NCBI GenBank assembly: GCA_965178125.1
Contig: OZ237743.1
Location: 1-64,000, forward strand
Length of the DNA stretch: 64,000 bases
Direction of reading: 5' to 3'
DNA from: Bilabrum cf. latius
Taxonomy: Eukaryota
In this document: positions 1-11,772 of the stretch, piece after piece
Layout of the letters: every line of letters begins with the position of its first letter
Position numbering within the stretch: position 1 is the stretch's first letter
Position numbers and translations under genes: made by a program
Notes under the pieces: model-generated
The model's input: only the letters and a program-made list of their open reading frames with translations
What the model was told of the DNA's origin: nothing
Database searches by the model: none

Positions 1-3000
1 GCTCAGCATCGCGGGCAAGAGCTTACGAACAAACTCGTCGTCCCGCTCGCGGGTGGCCTGCGATACCAGCTCAGCCACGTGCTGAAAGTCATGCTTAGTC
101 ATGGCAGCTTGCGTATCGCCTCTGGCACGAGCCCTGAACTGCACACTGCCCAGAGATGGGCTCATGAGCAGGCAGTTCACGTTCTCTTCATCCACTTGCA
201 TTGGGAAGACGAACTAGCTCCCCACCTGTCCGAAGCCCGGTACGGAGGAGATGTCGGCCACGGCATCACCCGCAAGTGCCATGGCATGACGCAGGCCCAG
301 CACGCTCGGAAACGCAGCGTGCATGTCGCCGCCACCTGCCATGAAGCCCAGGTCCATGGAGAGCAACACGGGGTCCTGGCACTGGATCTCTGGTCGATGT
401 TGCCCGAGCTCCGTCGCCATGCGGATGGCGTCCCTCCCGGCGGCAAGAGGGTCGACGAACACTACAGGGTGCCCGCCGTGGTCCGGAGGGTCCTCCTCAG
501 GCTCACCAGCGGCCGGAGCCTGTCGCAGCATCAGGGATCGCATCACAGCAACCGCCGCCTGGTTCTGGCCCCCGACGACCAGGATTCGGTAGATCGAGCA
601 CGCCAGGACCCCTTGGATCTTCAGTCCGTCAGGATATCTCAGCCTGTGGGGCAGATGGCTGACCTGGGTGGGATGCAGGGCCGCGTCCTCGCTCAGAACC
701 CGGAGCACTTCGCACAGGAAGTACCCGGGCCTGATGCGATGCCCGCCATCAGGCTCAGCAGTCCCACGCACGCCCATGTGACGGTCTCCAGGACTCAAAG
801 TCTCGGTGTGGGTGCTTCCGCGAGAGACACCGACGGGCGAGTCGGTTGCTACAATCGCGTACGATGCGGAGAGTCCCTGCGCCGTCGTGGCAGTCCTCGG
901 GGTCGACTGCACCATGAACTCGGGCCCGCGGTACCCCTCCTTCTCTCTCACGTAGTTGATGGCACCTGCGATGCCAATCAGGAGCGACTGCACGGCCTGG
1001 TCGAACGGCGTTCCAACGAGGCGCATTCCCTCCAGTCGCCGGATGTTCCAGCGCCTCGCGAGTGTGCGCAAGGAGGCCTGCTCTTCCTCAGACCCTGCGT
1101 GAGCAACGCCAAACACCCGAGCCACACCGCCCTCCGGTAGCACGACTCGCACCTCAGCCGCCCCCGCCAGGAGGACAGAGACCGAGACGTCGCCAGATCC
1201 GACCCCGCGCTGTTTGGGCATCATCGTGAGGTACTTGCGGAGCGTGGCACGTGCGGATTTCACGGCCCTGGCATTGCCTCGCACTGTGCCGGTGCTTCCC
1301 TCCAGGATCGCTTCAGCTTCCTCTAGCACCCCAACCTCCTCGCTGCTCTGGTGGAAGCGACGAGCTGCACTTCGAACGTCCGATGTCAGGGATTGGACGG
1401 TCACGTGGTCCCCTGCTGGTGCAGGGAGAGCGTGATGGATGCGGTGCAGCCGCAGCGGCTCCGAATCCACGCCCATGTTCTGGATCCCCATCGGTCCAAG
1501 GTACGCGACGTCGATGCGGGGTGAGTAGTACGCGCCGTGACTCCTCGGCGTGCCGGGATTGTCCCGCTCCTACGTGGGGATGTGCCGGTTGAAGACGATG
1601 CTGTAGCCGAGCCGGGGCCTGGATGAGCCGCTCGTGTCCACCTCGGTGCGCTGGTGCTGCTGCGTGGCCGACTGCACCCTGATCTGCCCCCCGTCCCTCT
1701 GCAGACCCCTGCGCCCGCAGAGGACCCCATCCTGCGTCGCCGAGTCGGCTCCAATCAGCACGTCGATGAGGCCGTAGGCTTGGTCCAGCGGCTCGTCCAG
1801 CAGGAGCCGTGACACCGGCCCCCCAAGCGCCAGCATGAACGGGCTGGTCTGCACCTCCTGGGAGGCTCCGGCGCCGGATAGGATCCCGACCACCTCCATG
1901 GCGTCGACATCGGAGAGCTCAGAGCGGACCGCCACGGGGGCCGCCATGCCGTCTGGTGGGTTCCGCAGCACATCCGGGGCGGCCTCCTGCTCCTCTTCAG
2001 GCTCGCCTTCCAGCTCGGCATCCGCAGCTCCGAAAGCCTCCGCGGCAGGATCTCCACCATCCGCTTCCTCGTCGCCACCTTGGTCTCCGTCCGAGTCCCA
2101 CTGGCCTTCCCTACCCCACTCGCCTTCCCCAGCCTCATACCCGGCATCTTCGTCGCCCTCTGCATGCTCCTCCGCCCCAGCCGGCTGCGCCGCCGGCCCC
2201 TCCTCCATCTCGTCCTCGTCCTCGTCCTCGTACATGAACGCTGGAGGCTGCTCGGAGAGCCCGACCGCGTCAAAGACCGTCTCGTCCACGCGGTTGTACT
2301 CGATGTAGTGATCCCACTCCGTGCGGAGCGGAGAGAGCTTGTGGCTGTGCAGCCCGGGCTCCGCCAGCATCGGAGACGGCCAGAAGCTGACCGCCACCGA
2401 AGCCAGCTTGCTCCGAATGAAGGCAGCCCCTTCCTCGTTCAGGTCTTCGCTCTCCAGCATCTTGGTGATGTCAGTCCAGCCAACGAGCTGCACGAGAAAG
2501 CGGCCGCGCCTCTGCGCGCGCTGCTCCACGCCGGCAGCATCAGTCTCGGCATGCAGGAGGCTGTCCACGACGACAACGGCGCGCCTCTGGTACGCCCACC
2601 AGCGCCGCATGCCTTGCATGGTCACCGTCTCCATCACTGGAGGTGCGAGCGCCCTCCACACCTCGGGAGGCAGCTCCTGCCTGCCAACGCAGGTCAGCAG
2701 GCCCTGCAGGGCCTGCACCGCCTCGTCGTCCACCTCCCATATGTGGTAGGCCAGCATGGGGTGCTGCGCGAGGTCGTCTGTCGCCTCGTGCATGCCGAAC
2801 CGGTACTCGGGCGGGAGGTTGACGGCCAGGGCCTCCTCTCCATGCGCTCCCCCAGGGTCGCCGACGACCAGGTTCCACGCCTGCACGGGTGGCGCACCGA
2901 CCTCCCCTCCGGCGTCTGGGCCTGCGCCACCGCCTTGGGCGCCGGCTGCCTCTGCACCGGCAGCGAACACGACTCCGGGGATGGGCAGCTCGGGCGCTCC

Positions 3001-3780
3001 TCCCTCTGCCCCGAAGAGCGGTTGCTGGCCCTGAGCATCCCAGACCATGGCCTGCCGAGCTGCCTGGGTGGCCGCGTGGGCGGCTTGGCGCCCGAGGAAG
3101 ATGGCCTGGACCGCTTCTGGGGGCTCGTCGTCCTCCATCGCGTCCTCCCCTGCGCCGACCCCGGCCAGGACGGGCACCTCGGCGAGAGGCACGGGCCCAG
3201 GGACGAGTTGGTGCTGGGCAGCCTGGGCAGCTGGCTGCTGCTCGGCTGCTGGAGGGGCCGGACCGACGCCGGCTGGCCCACCTGCAGGCTCCTGCTGGGG
3301 CTCCGGGATCGGGAGGAAGGCGTCGGCATCGCCAGCTGGCGGCTCGGGCTGCAGGCCTCCTGGGACCGGCAGGTTGGCACCCGGACCAGCGGGGTGCTGG
3401 GGCGGGGCGGCGGGCATCGCCTGCTGGCCAGCAGCAAGAGCTGCACCCGGTGGTGGTTGTTGGGCGCCCTCTTGCTGCTGGTGCTGGGGCTCCGGAGCAT
3501 GCTCGCCGATGGCTGGGACGGGGGCCGGCAGGCCTGCCGCATCGCCCCCCCCGGCGGCATGACCGCCTGGCGCTGGCCCCACCTGGGCCGGGATCTGGGC
3601 CTGCGCCTCGCCGGCCGGCGGGCCAGGCAGGGCGGCACCTCCTGGTTGAAGTGGCCCTGGGACTCCGATGCGCACGCGATGCGGGTTCTGGGCGTAGCCC
3701 TTCGCGCGGCGGTCCAGGAAGGCCCGGAGGTAATCGAGAGCCTTCACATGCTTGGTGGCGTCGTACGTGGACTGCGCCAT
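1..3780 (-). CDS. Large orphan protein (>1260 aa, runs off the window start); Pro/Ala/Gln-rich and acidic N-half, globular-looking C-half; lies in the telomere-distal element
   Basis: ORFs 1570..3780 and 214..1491 are in one frame, separated only by TAG (1570-72, 214-16). The frame stays open to position 1. No recognisable domain. Confidence 0.65.
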
Positions 3781-4354
3781 GACCAGACTGCGGACAGAGA
3801 TGCCACAAGGATATATAATATACTTGGGATGTGATTAGTATGATGGTACGATGCGTTGTTCCCTGGTGGCGCACTCGTCACGGCGGTGCCGCGCATCAGG
3901 TTCCGCAACCTGATCCGGGCCACCACAAATGTTGTCGCAGCACACCTACCGCAAGCAAAGTGAGCATTGGGCGCGCAGCCTATATATCGCCGCGCAATTG
4001 TTTGCAGTATGTTATATTATTTGATAATATGCGCGAGATTAGTTCCAACGAGTGCTTGCCGTCGCGCAATTGAGGCAAACGTCTGAACCACGTTGCAGCA
4101 AGCGCATTGCGCAAGGCAATCCCCACGCATACCCCATCGATTTGACTCACGTTTGCTTTAGGGTTGTATGCACAATATGCTATAGTAGCTATATGCCAAG
4201 TATGCGCCTCTGCAATTGAATACAAGGAGCGCAATATGAGTGTTTCTGATTTCGCGCTGCTCGTTGGGTGAACGGGTAGGTTTCGGCGTGACAAGTGCAA
4301 GTTGCGTGCACTTTTGATGCGAATCTGTAATTTTTTTTCGGTTTCGCGTGGGTT

Positions 4355-4445
4355 GCTGTGGTGGTGTAGTGGTATTGCGTACGGTTGGTAATCGCACCCC
4401 GGCCTACCCCCGAGGTTCGATTCCCGTTGGGGCGATCTTTTTTTA
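4355..4445 (+). ncRNA. Degenerate tRNA-like / Pol III type-2 promoter element
   Basis: A-box-like TGGTGTAGTGG at ~4362, B-box GGTTCGATTCC at ~4414, possible anticodon loop TTGGTAA, then an oligo-T run. The acceptor stem pairs poorly. Confidence 0.45.
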
Positions 4446-4672
4446 ATTTTTTTTCTGGGCTGGGGTCCGTTCCCCCCACGACTGGGGGATCGACCCAACA
4501 TCATGGGTCCCAGGTCTGAGACCGAGTGCGCGGGGTTATGTGGGTGCCTTTTTTTTTTTTTTTGCCCTCGAGCTTGTCCAGGAGTAACCCTGGGTCTCGT
4601 GCCCGTGTTCCCTGTCGCATCCAAGCACCTGTTCGTGACCTCACCCGTGTTCCCCTGGCACCGCAGAGTACT

Positions 4673-6211
4673 ATGGCCGCCGCAAAGAGCTACAGCGCCA
4701 AGCACACCAAGGCATCTCGCCCTGTCGTGGCCTCCCTGGCTTCAGGCGTCGACACTTCCGCGGCCAAGCAGATCCTGCTTATCTCCCTCGTGGGCCTCCA
4801 CCAGGATTGCGGGCTGCTCTGCGGATCTTCGGAGCACTACGAAGGGACCAAGAGGGAGGGCATCAGGGCCTGCGTGGATGCCATGCTGGCGCTGGATGAG
4901 TTTGAGGTGCCATTTGGCGTGCTCACAGCGCTGAACAGCCGCCTGTGCCCAGACGCGTCAGCCAGCAGCTCCGACTGGCCAGGCTTTCGGAAGATGAAGC
5001 AGCTTCTCACGGCTCTGCGCGAGTGTGGCTACTCCACCACCACAAACCCATTCTTCAAGGCAGGCTTAGACGGCTTGCGCAGGCGCTTCAAGAACGTGCT
5101 CAAGTTCATCTGCGATAATGGAGCTGGGACGGCCTCTGTACGTGCACGCGGAGGCATGGAGGCTGTATTCATAGAGGTGTTCGACATGGCAGTCAAGGAC
5201 TCTGCCGGGGCTGCAGCAGGAGATCAAGGTGGCTCTTCGGGAGCCGCTGCTACCTCGCCGAGTGGGGCATCCCGTGCTCGGAAGGGCAAACGGAGTGCCA
5301 TGGACGACGACGACGATGAGGACGAGGACAACCCCGACAACAATGTGAAGGGCCAGAGGGCCTACACGGCCCGGAAAGCACGGGGTGAGCCGGATACAGA
5401 CGGCTCAGAGTCCAGCGACTCATCGACCGAGCGACTGAACAACGATCTTCTCAGAGCCAAGCGAGAGGCGGAGGCCGAGAGAAAGGCCAAGGCAAAGGCC
5501 AAGGCAAAGGCCAGGACCAAGGCCGCGGGCAAGTCGAAGGGCAAGTCGAAGGGCAAGTCGAAGGGCAAGGCGAAGGGCAAGGGTGCACAACCGGCAGAGT
5601 CAAAGGGCAAGAAGGCGGCTGAGGCTGAGCCGCGGGCATAGAGGCAGCCCGAGCGACCGGCAGTCGTCCAACCAGGCAATGGCAGAGGAGCACGCCGCGC
5701 CGTTGAACAGGAGAAAAGGGGAGCAAGTGGCGCAAGGAGTGGAGCAGCAGCATCACTGCCTCGTCAGGACTCTGACGAAGATGAAGAGGACATCGGTGGT
5801 CGGTACCGCGCAGACGCAGCTGGAGAGCAGGACGAGGACGACGCTCCAATGGGGTTTGAGCAGCAGGACGAGGAGGATGAGGAGCAGCTGGTTGAGGAAG
5901 AAGAAAACGACGGCCAGAACCAGCAAGACGACTCTGACAACAACAGTGGAATGGAGGACACCGCCTTCACCGACTAGCAGCGGCACCTGGTGGACCGCAT
6001 CCTTGCTGCCTGCGATGACAGCGCGATGGGCGTCAGCCGGACTCTCAAAGACATGCGCGAGGACGTGGAGGCAACAATTGAAGAGAGGGACCGCGAGTTG
6101 GAAATGTTCGCAAACCTGATGACGGCCCTCGAGAAGACGGCGAAAGGAGATCTCAATGCGGCAGACGTCGACGCTGTGGAAGCGCTCCTAGCAGCTTTCG
6201 GTGACGAGTGA
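4673..6211 (+). CDS. Orphan protein (~512 aa) with Lys-rich (KSKG/KAK) and acidic tracts and a helical C-terminus
   Basis: ORFs 4526..5641 and 5990..6211 share a frame. The only interruptions are TAG at 5639 and TAG at ~5975 (FTD*QRHLVDRIL). Ends at TGA. Confidence 0.65.
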
Positions 6212-6463
6212 GAGGCAGGCAGGGGGACGGCAATTGAGGTCAGTGGCAGCTGGGCCAGCTTGTGAGAGGAGTTTGCCAAAGTGTCTGCCATTGACCCATT
6301 CGGACGCAGCATTAGGAGCCGGGAGGCATTCTGTTGAGTCTTGACGTGTCAACCAGTTAATACCTTAGATCAAAGCAATCCACACAGCAAATACAACTGT
6401 CATGTACACCATACCCATTCTACAATTGACAGATAAACCATGCATATTGAATAAACATGCAAA

Positions 6464-7694
6464 TCTTCATACACCCATATCGGCGCCGCGCGGCCAGAAC
6501 GGAACCTGGGGAACATTTGGCCCATGTTGTGCTCCCAGGCCGTCCCGATGCAGTTTGAACGGTCTTCATATCACCTGTAGTTGCCGAGATCGTAGCACGT
6601 CGTTTTTCGGTGTGAAATTCTTCATACACCCATATCGGCGCCGCGCGGCCAGAACGGAACCTGGGGAACATTTGGCCCATGTTGTGCCCCCAGGCCGTCC
6701 CGATGCAGTTTGAACGGTCTTCATATCACCTGTAGTTGCCGAGATCGTAGCACGTCGTTTTTCGGTGTGAAATTCTTCATACACCCATATCGGCGCCGCG
6801 CGGCCAGAACGGAACCTGGGGAACATTTGGCCCATGTTGTGCCCCCAGGCCGTCCCGATGCAGTTTGAACGGTCTTCATATCACCTGTAGTTGCCGAGAT
6901 CGTAGCACGTCGTTTTTCGGTGTGAAATTCTTCATACACCCATATCGGCGCCGCGCGGCCAGAACGGAACCTGGGGAACATTTGGCCCATGTTGTGCCCC
7001 CAGGCCGTCCCGATGCAGTTTGAACGGTCTTCATATCACCTGTAGTTGCCGAGATCGTAGCACGTCGTTTTTCGGTGTGAAATTCTTCATACACCCATAT
7101 CGGCGCCGCGCGGCCAGAACGGAACCTGGGGAACATTTGGCCCATGTTGTGCCCCCAGGCCGTCCCGATGCAGTTTGAACGGTCTTCATATCACCTGTAG
7201 TTGCCGAGATCGTAGCACGTCGTTTTTCGGTGTGAAATTCTTCATACACCCATATCGGCGCCGCGCGGCCAGAACGGAACCTGGGGAACATTTGGCCCAT
7301 GTTGTGCCCCCAGGCCGTCCCGATGCAGTTTGAACGGTCTTCATATCACCTGTAGTTGCCGAGATCGTAGCACGTCGTTTTTCGGTGTGAAATTCTTCAT
7401 ACACCCATATCGGCGCCGCGCGGCCAGAACGGAACCTGGGGAACATTTGGCCCATGTTGTGCCCCCAGGCCGTCCCGATGCAGTTTGAACGGTCTTCATA
7501 TCACCTGTAGTTGCCGAGATCGTAGCACGTCGTTTTTCGGTGTGAAATTCTTCATACACCCATATCGGCGCCGCGCGGCCAGAACGGAACCTGGGGAACA
7601 TTTGGCCCATGTTGTGCCCCCAGGCCGTCCCGATGCAGTTTGAACGGTCTTCATATCACCTGTAGTTACCGAGATCGTAGCACGTCGTTTTTCG
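6464..7694. repeat. 155-bp tandem array, about 8 near-identical copies
   Basis: Unit TCTTCATACACCCATATCGGCGCCGCGCGG... recurs at 6464, 6619, 6774, 6929, 7084, 7239, 7394 and 7549. Only single-base variants, in the first and last copies. Confidence 0.97.
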
Positions 7695-7754
7695 ACAAAT
7701 ATTGAAGATGAAAATATTTTTTCCCCGACCCTGTCCCTGACTTTATATTAGATA

Positions 7755-9224
7755 CCCTAACCCTAACCCTAACCCTAACCCTAACCCTAACCCTAACCCT
7801 AACCCTAACCCTAACCCTAACCCTAACCCTAACCCTAACCCTAACCCTAACCCTAACCCTAACCCTAACCCTAACCCTAACCCTAACCCTAACCCTAACC
7901 CTAACCCTAACCCTAACCCTAACCCTAACCCTAACCCTAACCCTAACCCTAACCCTAACCCTAACCCTAACCCTAACCCTAACCCTAACCCTAACCCTAA
8001 CCCTAACCCTAACCCTAACCCTAACCCTAACCCTAACCCTAACCCTAACCCTAACCCTAACCCTAACCCTAACCCTAACCCTAACCCTAACCCTAACCCT
8101 AACCCTAACCCTAACCCTAACCCTAACCCTAACCCTAACCCTAACCCTAACCCTAACCCTAACCCTAACCCTAACCCTAACCCTAACCCTAACCCTAACC
8201 CTAACCCTAACCCTAACCCTAACCCTAACCCTAACCCTAACCCTAACCCTAACCCTAACCCTAACCCTAACCCTAACCCTAACCCTAACCCTAACCCTAA
8301 CCCTAACCCTAACCCTAACCCTAACCCTAACCCTAACCCTAACCCTAACCCTAACCCTAACCCTAACCCTAACCCTAACCCTAACCCTAACCCTAACCCT
8401 AACCCTAACCCTAACCCTAACCCTAACCCTAACCCTAACCCTAACCCTAACCCTAACCCTAACCCTAACCCTAACCCTAACCCTAACCCTAACCCTAACC
8501 CTAACCCTAACCCTAACCCTAACCCTAACCCTAACCCTAACCCTAACCCTAACCCTAACCCTAACCCTAACCCTAACCCTAACCCTAACCCTAACCCTAA
8601 CCCTAACCCTAACCCTAACCCTAACCCTAACCCTAACCCTAACCCTAACCCTAACCCTAACCCTAACCCTAACCCTAACCCTAACCCTAACCCTAACCCT
8701 AACCCTAACCCTAACCCTAACCCTAACCCTAACCCTAACCCTAACCCTAACCCTAACCCTAACCCTAACCCTAACCCTAACCCTAACCCTAACCCTAACC
8801 CTAACCCTAACCCTAACCCTAACCCTAACCCTAACCCTAACCCTAACCCTAACCCTAACCCTAACCCTAACCCTAACCCTAACCCTAACCCTAACCCTAA
8901 CCCTAACCCTAACCCTAACCCTAACCCTAACCCTAACCCTAACCCTAACCCTAACCCTAACCCTAACCCTAACCCTAACCCTAACCCTAACCCTAACCCT
9001 AACCCTAACCCTAACCCTAACCCTAACCCTAACCCTAACCCTAACCCTAACCCTAACCCTAACCCTAACCCTAACCCTAACCCTAACCCTAACCCTAACC
9101 CTAACCCTAACCCTAACCCTAACCCTAACCCTAACCCTAACCCTAACCCTAACCCTAACCCTAACCCTAACCCTAACCCTAACCCTAACCCTAACCCTAA
9201 CCCTAACCCTAACCCTAACCCTAA
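7755..9224 (+). repeat. Telomeric repeat array (CCCTAA)245
   Basis: Perfect CCCTAA hexamers over 1470 bp, ending in a variant CCTAAAA on the right (proximal) side. Confidence 0.99.
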
Positions 9225-9231
9225 CCTAAAA

Positions 9232-9391
9232 CGGTGGATGAGGCCATAGCGTGTGTGATCGGTCGATGAGTGGGTAGGGCGGTGGATGAGGCCATAGCGT
9301 GTGTGATCGGTCGATGAGTGGGTAGGGCGGTGGATGAGGCCATGGCGTGTGTGAAAGTACTGGGTCGATGAGTGGGTAGGGCGGTGGATGC
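9232..9391. repeat. Subtelomeric 48-bp tandem repeat, about 3 copies
   Basis: CGGTGGATGAGGCCATAGCGTGTGTGATCGGTCGATGAGTGGGTAGGG at 9232 and 9280, a variant copy at 9328, and a partial copy at 9382. Confidence 0.9.
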
Positions 9392-10143
9392 GGCAACATT
9401 TTTTTGTGTTTGTTGTTGTCGTGGGTTGCAGTAGAGGAGATGAGTCATGCCCTGGAAGGGAGCGTTGAGGGTTCTATATTTGTTGGTGAATTTGCTTGAA
9501 CATCAGGATTGAAGTAATGGGGAGTCAAGATGGTCCAGAAGTCGACGGTCAGGAGTTTGAGAGGAACAAGAGAGAGAGACAAATACAAGTGATGACAGTG
9601 CGGTGGCACTAGGACAGTACAACGTCTGGAAGGGGGCTCCAGGTGTCAGGCACAAGGAAAACGCGAGTGGCAGCGGTTTGCTGGCCATACAGCCCGCTGA
9701 AGAGGCCAACAGGCGGGTGGATGGATAGGACGCATGGCACGTCGGCCTGTACATGCAAGCTGAGAGGATAGAGTTATGGTGGTGATACAGGAAGCACAAG
9801 TACCTTAGGGCAGGGAACGGTATCGGGAAGCCGTACAGCAACGAGACCAGTCAAAGTGCACGGATAAAGTGGTGGTTATTCGTAGTAACAGAGGCACACC
9901 GCATCCGGGATTCAGGCTGGTGAAGCGCCAGTCGTCCGGGGTTGGAAAGTCTAGTGGGTCCGTGGGACCTGGCCGGTTTTCTCCTTAAGGTTAACTAGCA
10001 GAGATTGCAACAGGGCCAATGAGTGTGGTTGAAAGAACAAATGTGATCTAGAGGTTCAATAACAGCAGTGTATACGAGTCGTTTGGCATCAATCCATGGA
10101 ACTGCGTGGAACTGCTAACGACTCGCATGGTGGTGTAACCAGG

Positions 10144-11121
10144 TCAGTTGGTGCCCTTTGCTGGGATGGATGACATCATGGTTATGGACGTGGTTCCGGA
10201 TCCCAGCTTGGCTGCACGGTCATCAGCGTCAGTTAGGATTAGACCGACGGCGAGTGAGACAGAGACTAGCAGAGCCGTTATGATAGACACGATCACCCCA
10301 GTAGCCACAGTGCTGCGGATGCTGGGGCCTTCCTCGTCCGGCTTGGCGGGCGGGGTGTACGTGGATGCCCCCCTGGCTGGCTCGTCTGGGATGTTCTCCT
10401 CCGCAAGCGCATCCTCCAGCTGAGTGGAGATGTCCTCAGCGTATTGCGCCACATCCTTGATGAACTGGATGGTGTCTGCGATTTCATCCGAGTCCACTTC
10501 GAGCTGGGTGAGTACCGTGCGGATGGCCCGGTCGGCGTCGCCCCCGGCGACTGCCTCCGCAATGGGCTGCACTGCCCTAGACAGGTTGACCATGGGGAAT
10601 CCCATAGTGTTTTCCACCGTGGCGGGAATATCTAGCAGCGCGTACTGGTCGATGGTGGGCGCGTCCGGGCGCCGCATAGAGGCAAACACATCTGCGAGAC
10701 CTTTTTCCACGGTTTCGAATGCCCGCAGCACCTTGTCTGCGATCTCCTCGACCTCGGCATCGACCCCTTCGATCTAGAACTGGGTGTAACTCCGGTCGAA
10801 CTGGATGTCCTTGGCTGCGGCTGCAAGCTTGCCAGCCCGCTCGGTGGCCCAGCTCCAGTCGTGCGTTGCGGCAGACTGCACAGTTGCTAGTGCAGATCCC
10901 ACGGCAAAGACTCCCATGGATGCCATTGCCCGCTGGCCGGAGCTCACGACGTATGCCTCCATCGTTGCAACGAGCTAGTCCGGGTCGAACAGGACGTCAA
11001 GCATCTCGGTGGAAATCTTGCTGGTGGGGAAAGCATCAGTCACTGCATGGATACGTACGATAGTTAGCAATACAAAAATGAAAATCGGGTGACTTTTCAA
11101 CGAATTTATTGGCTGTTTCAT
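10144..11121 (-). CDS. Subtelomeric putative type-I membrane/surface protein (~325 aa)
   Basis: Three same-frame ORFs joined at TAG 10975 and 10774. Hydrophobic N-terminus (PIFIFVLLTIVRIHA) and C-terminal TM segment (VATGVIVSIITALLVSVSLAVGLIL). Ends at TGA. Confidence 0.6.
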
Positions 11122-11772
11122 GGCGAGCACATGGCGAGAATGTCTCCTGCTGTAGTACCGGCTCAGAATGCCACATGCCAGAAGAGTATCCAACTAGTTC
11201 GATTAAGGGTGATTCACTTGCTACAACGACTAAGTCAGGCAGCTAGCACCTTTATCACTCAATCTCACCCAGGTTCAAGGCATTTAGAATAGTCAAGAGC
11301 AGTCCGCAGGAAGCGATACCTACGAATACGACCATTGATATCGAAATATGGCCCAGTATCTTGTGTACAGACGGCATTCTTCTACTTTTTGCAGTGTTTA
11401 GTGAGGGCGTGGCTTTTCGCGCGATTCTCTACGATCCTAGATCCTGGTGACATCGGATCTAATCACTAGATCTGGAACCAGGATATGTCTGACCAGGATC
11501 GGATCTTGTGTGGATCTGGAACCAGCGTTCACGGGACATGTAATTGCAGTTTTGATACTTGTACACTAGAGAACCAGTCCCCTTGTTGCAACCATGGTCA
11601 ATGCAGGCGTGCCTGCACCCAGTCTCGGGCTGCCGAGCAATTGCTTCGACTCTCCACCGCACAATCCGGAAATCGACTTCCGCGGCAAAGACTGGGTGGT
11701 AGAACACTCCGATGGAAATTAAGGAGTAAATAACGAAATGATACTAGTCGTGCAACTTTCACCAGCCCGCAA

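Larger units (their letters stand above)
1..7752 (-). mobile_element. Putative Helitron-like element (5' part only) joined to the telomeric array
   Basis: Minus strand reads (TTAGGG)n-TA|TCTAATATAAAG, i.e. an A|TC start with an AT-rich Helitron-style 5' end, followed by a subterminal tandem array. No Rep/helicase motifs or 3' CTRR end are visible in the window. Confidence 0.4.

Noticed and set aside
2080-3834. Long antisense and alternate-frame ORFs (e.g. 2080..3834+, 22059..23396+, 55520..57409+, 27581..28501+)
   Set aside because: These are shadow ORFs of high-GC genes on the opposite strand, with no recognisable motifs.
4355-4445. Amber suppressor tRNA(CUA)
   Set aside because: No CTA anticodon loop is present and the stems are degenerate.
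6464-7694. CRISPR array, or repeated 89-aa genes
   Set aside because: The units are identical head-to-tail with no spacers or cas genes, and the context is eukaryotic. The ORFs are a by-product of the repeat.
1-7752. Telomeric retrotransposon (Penelope/Athena, SART/TRAS-like) or integrated virus
   Set aside because: No RT, endonuclease, capsid, integrase, poly(A) tail or hammerhead core was recognised in the window. It cannot be fully excluded because the element is truncated.
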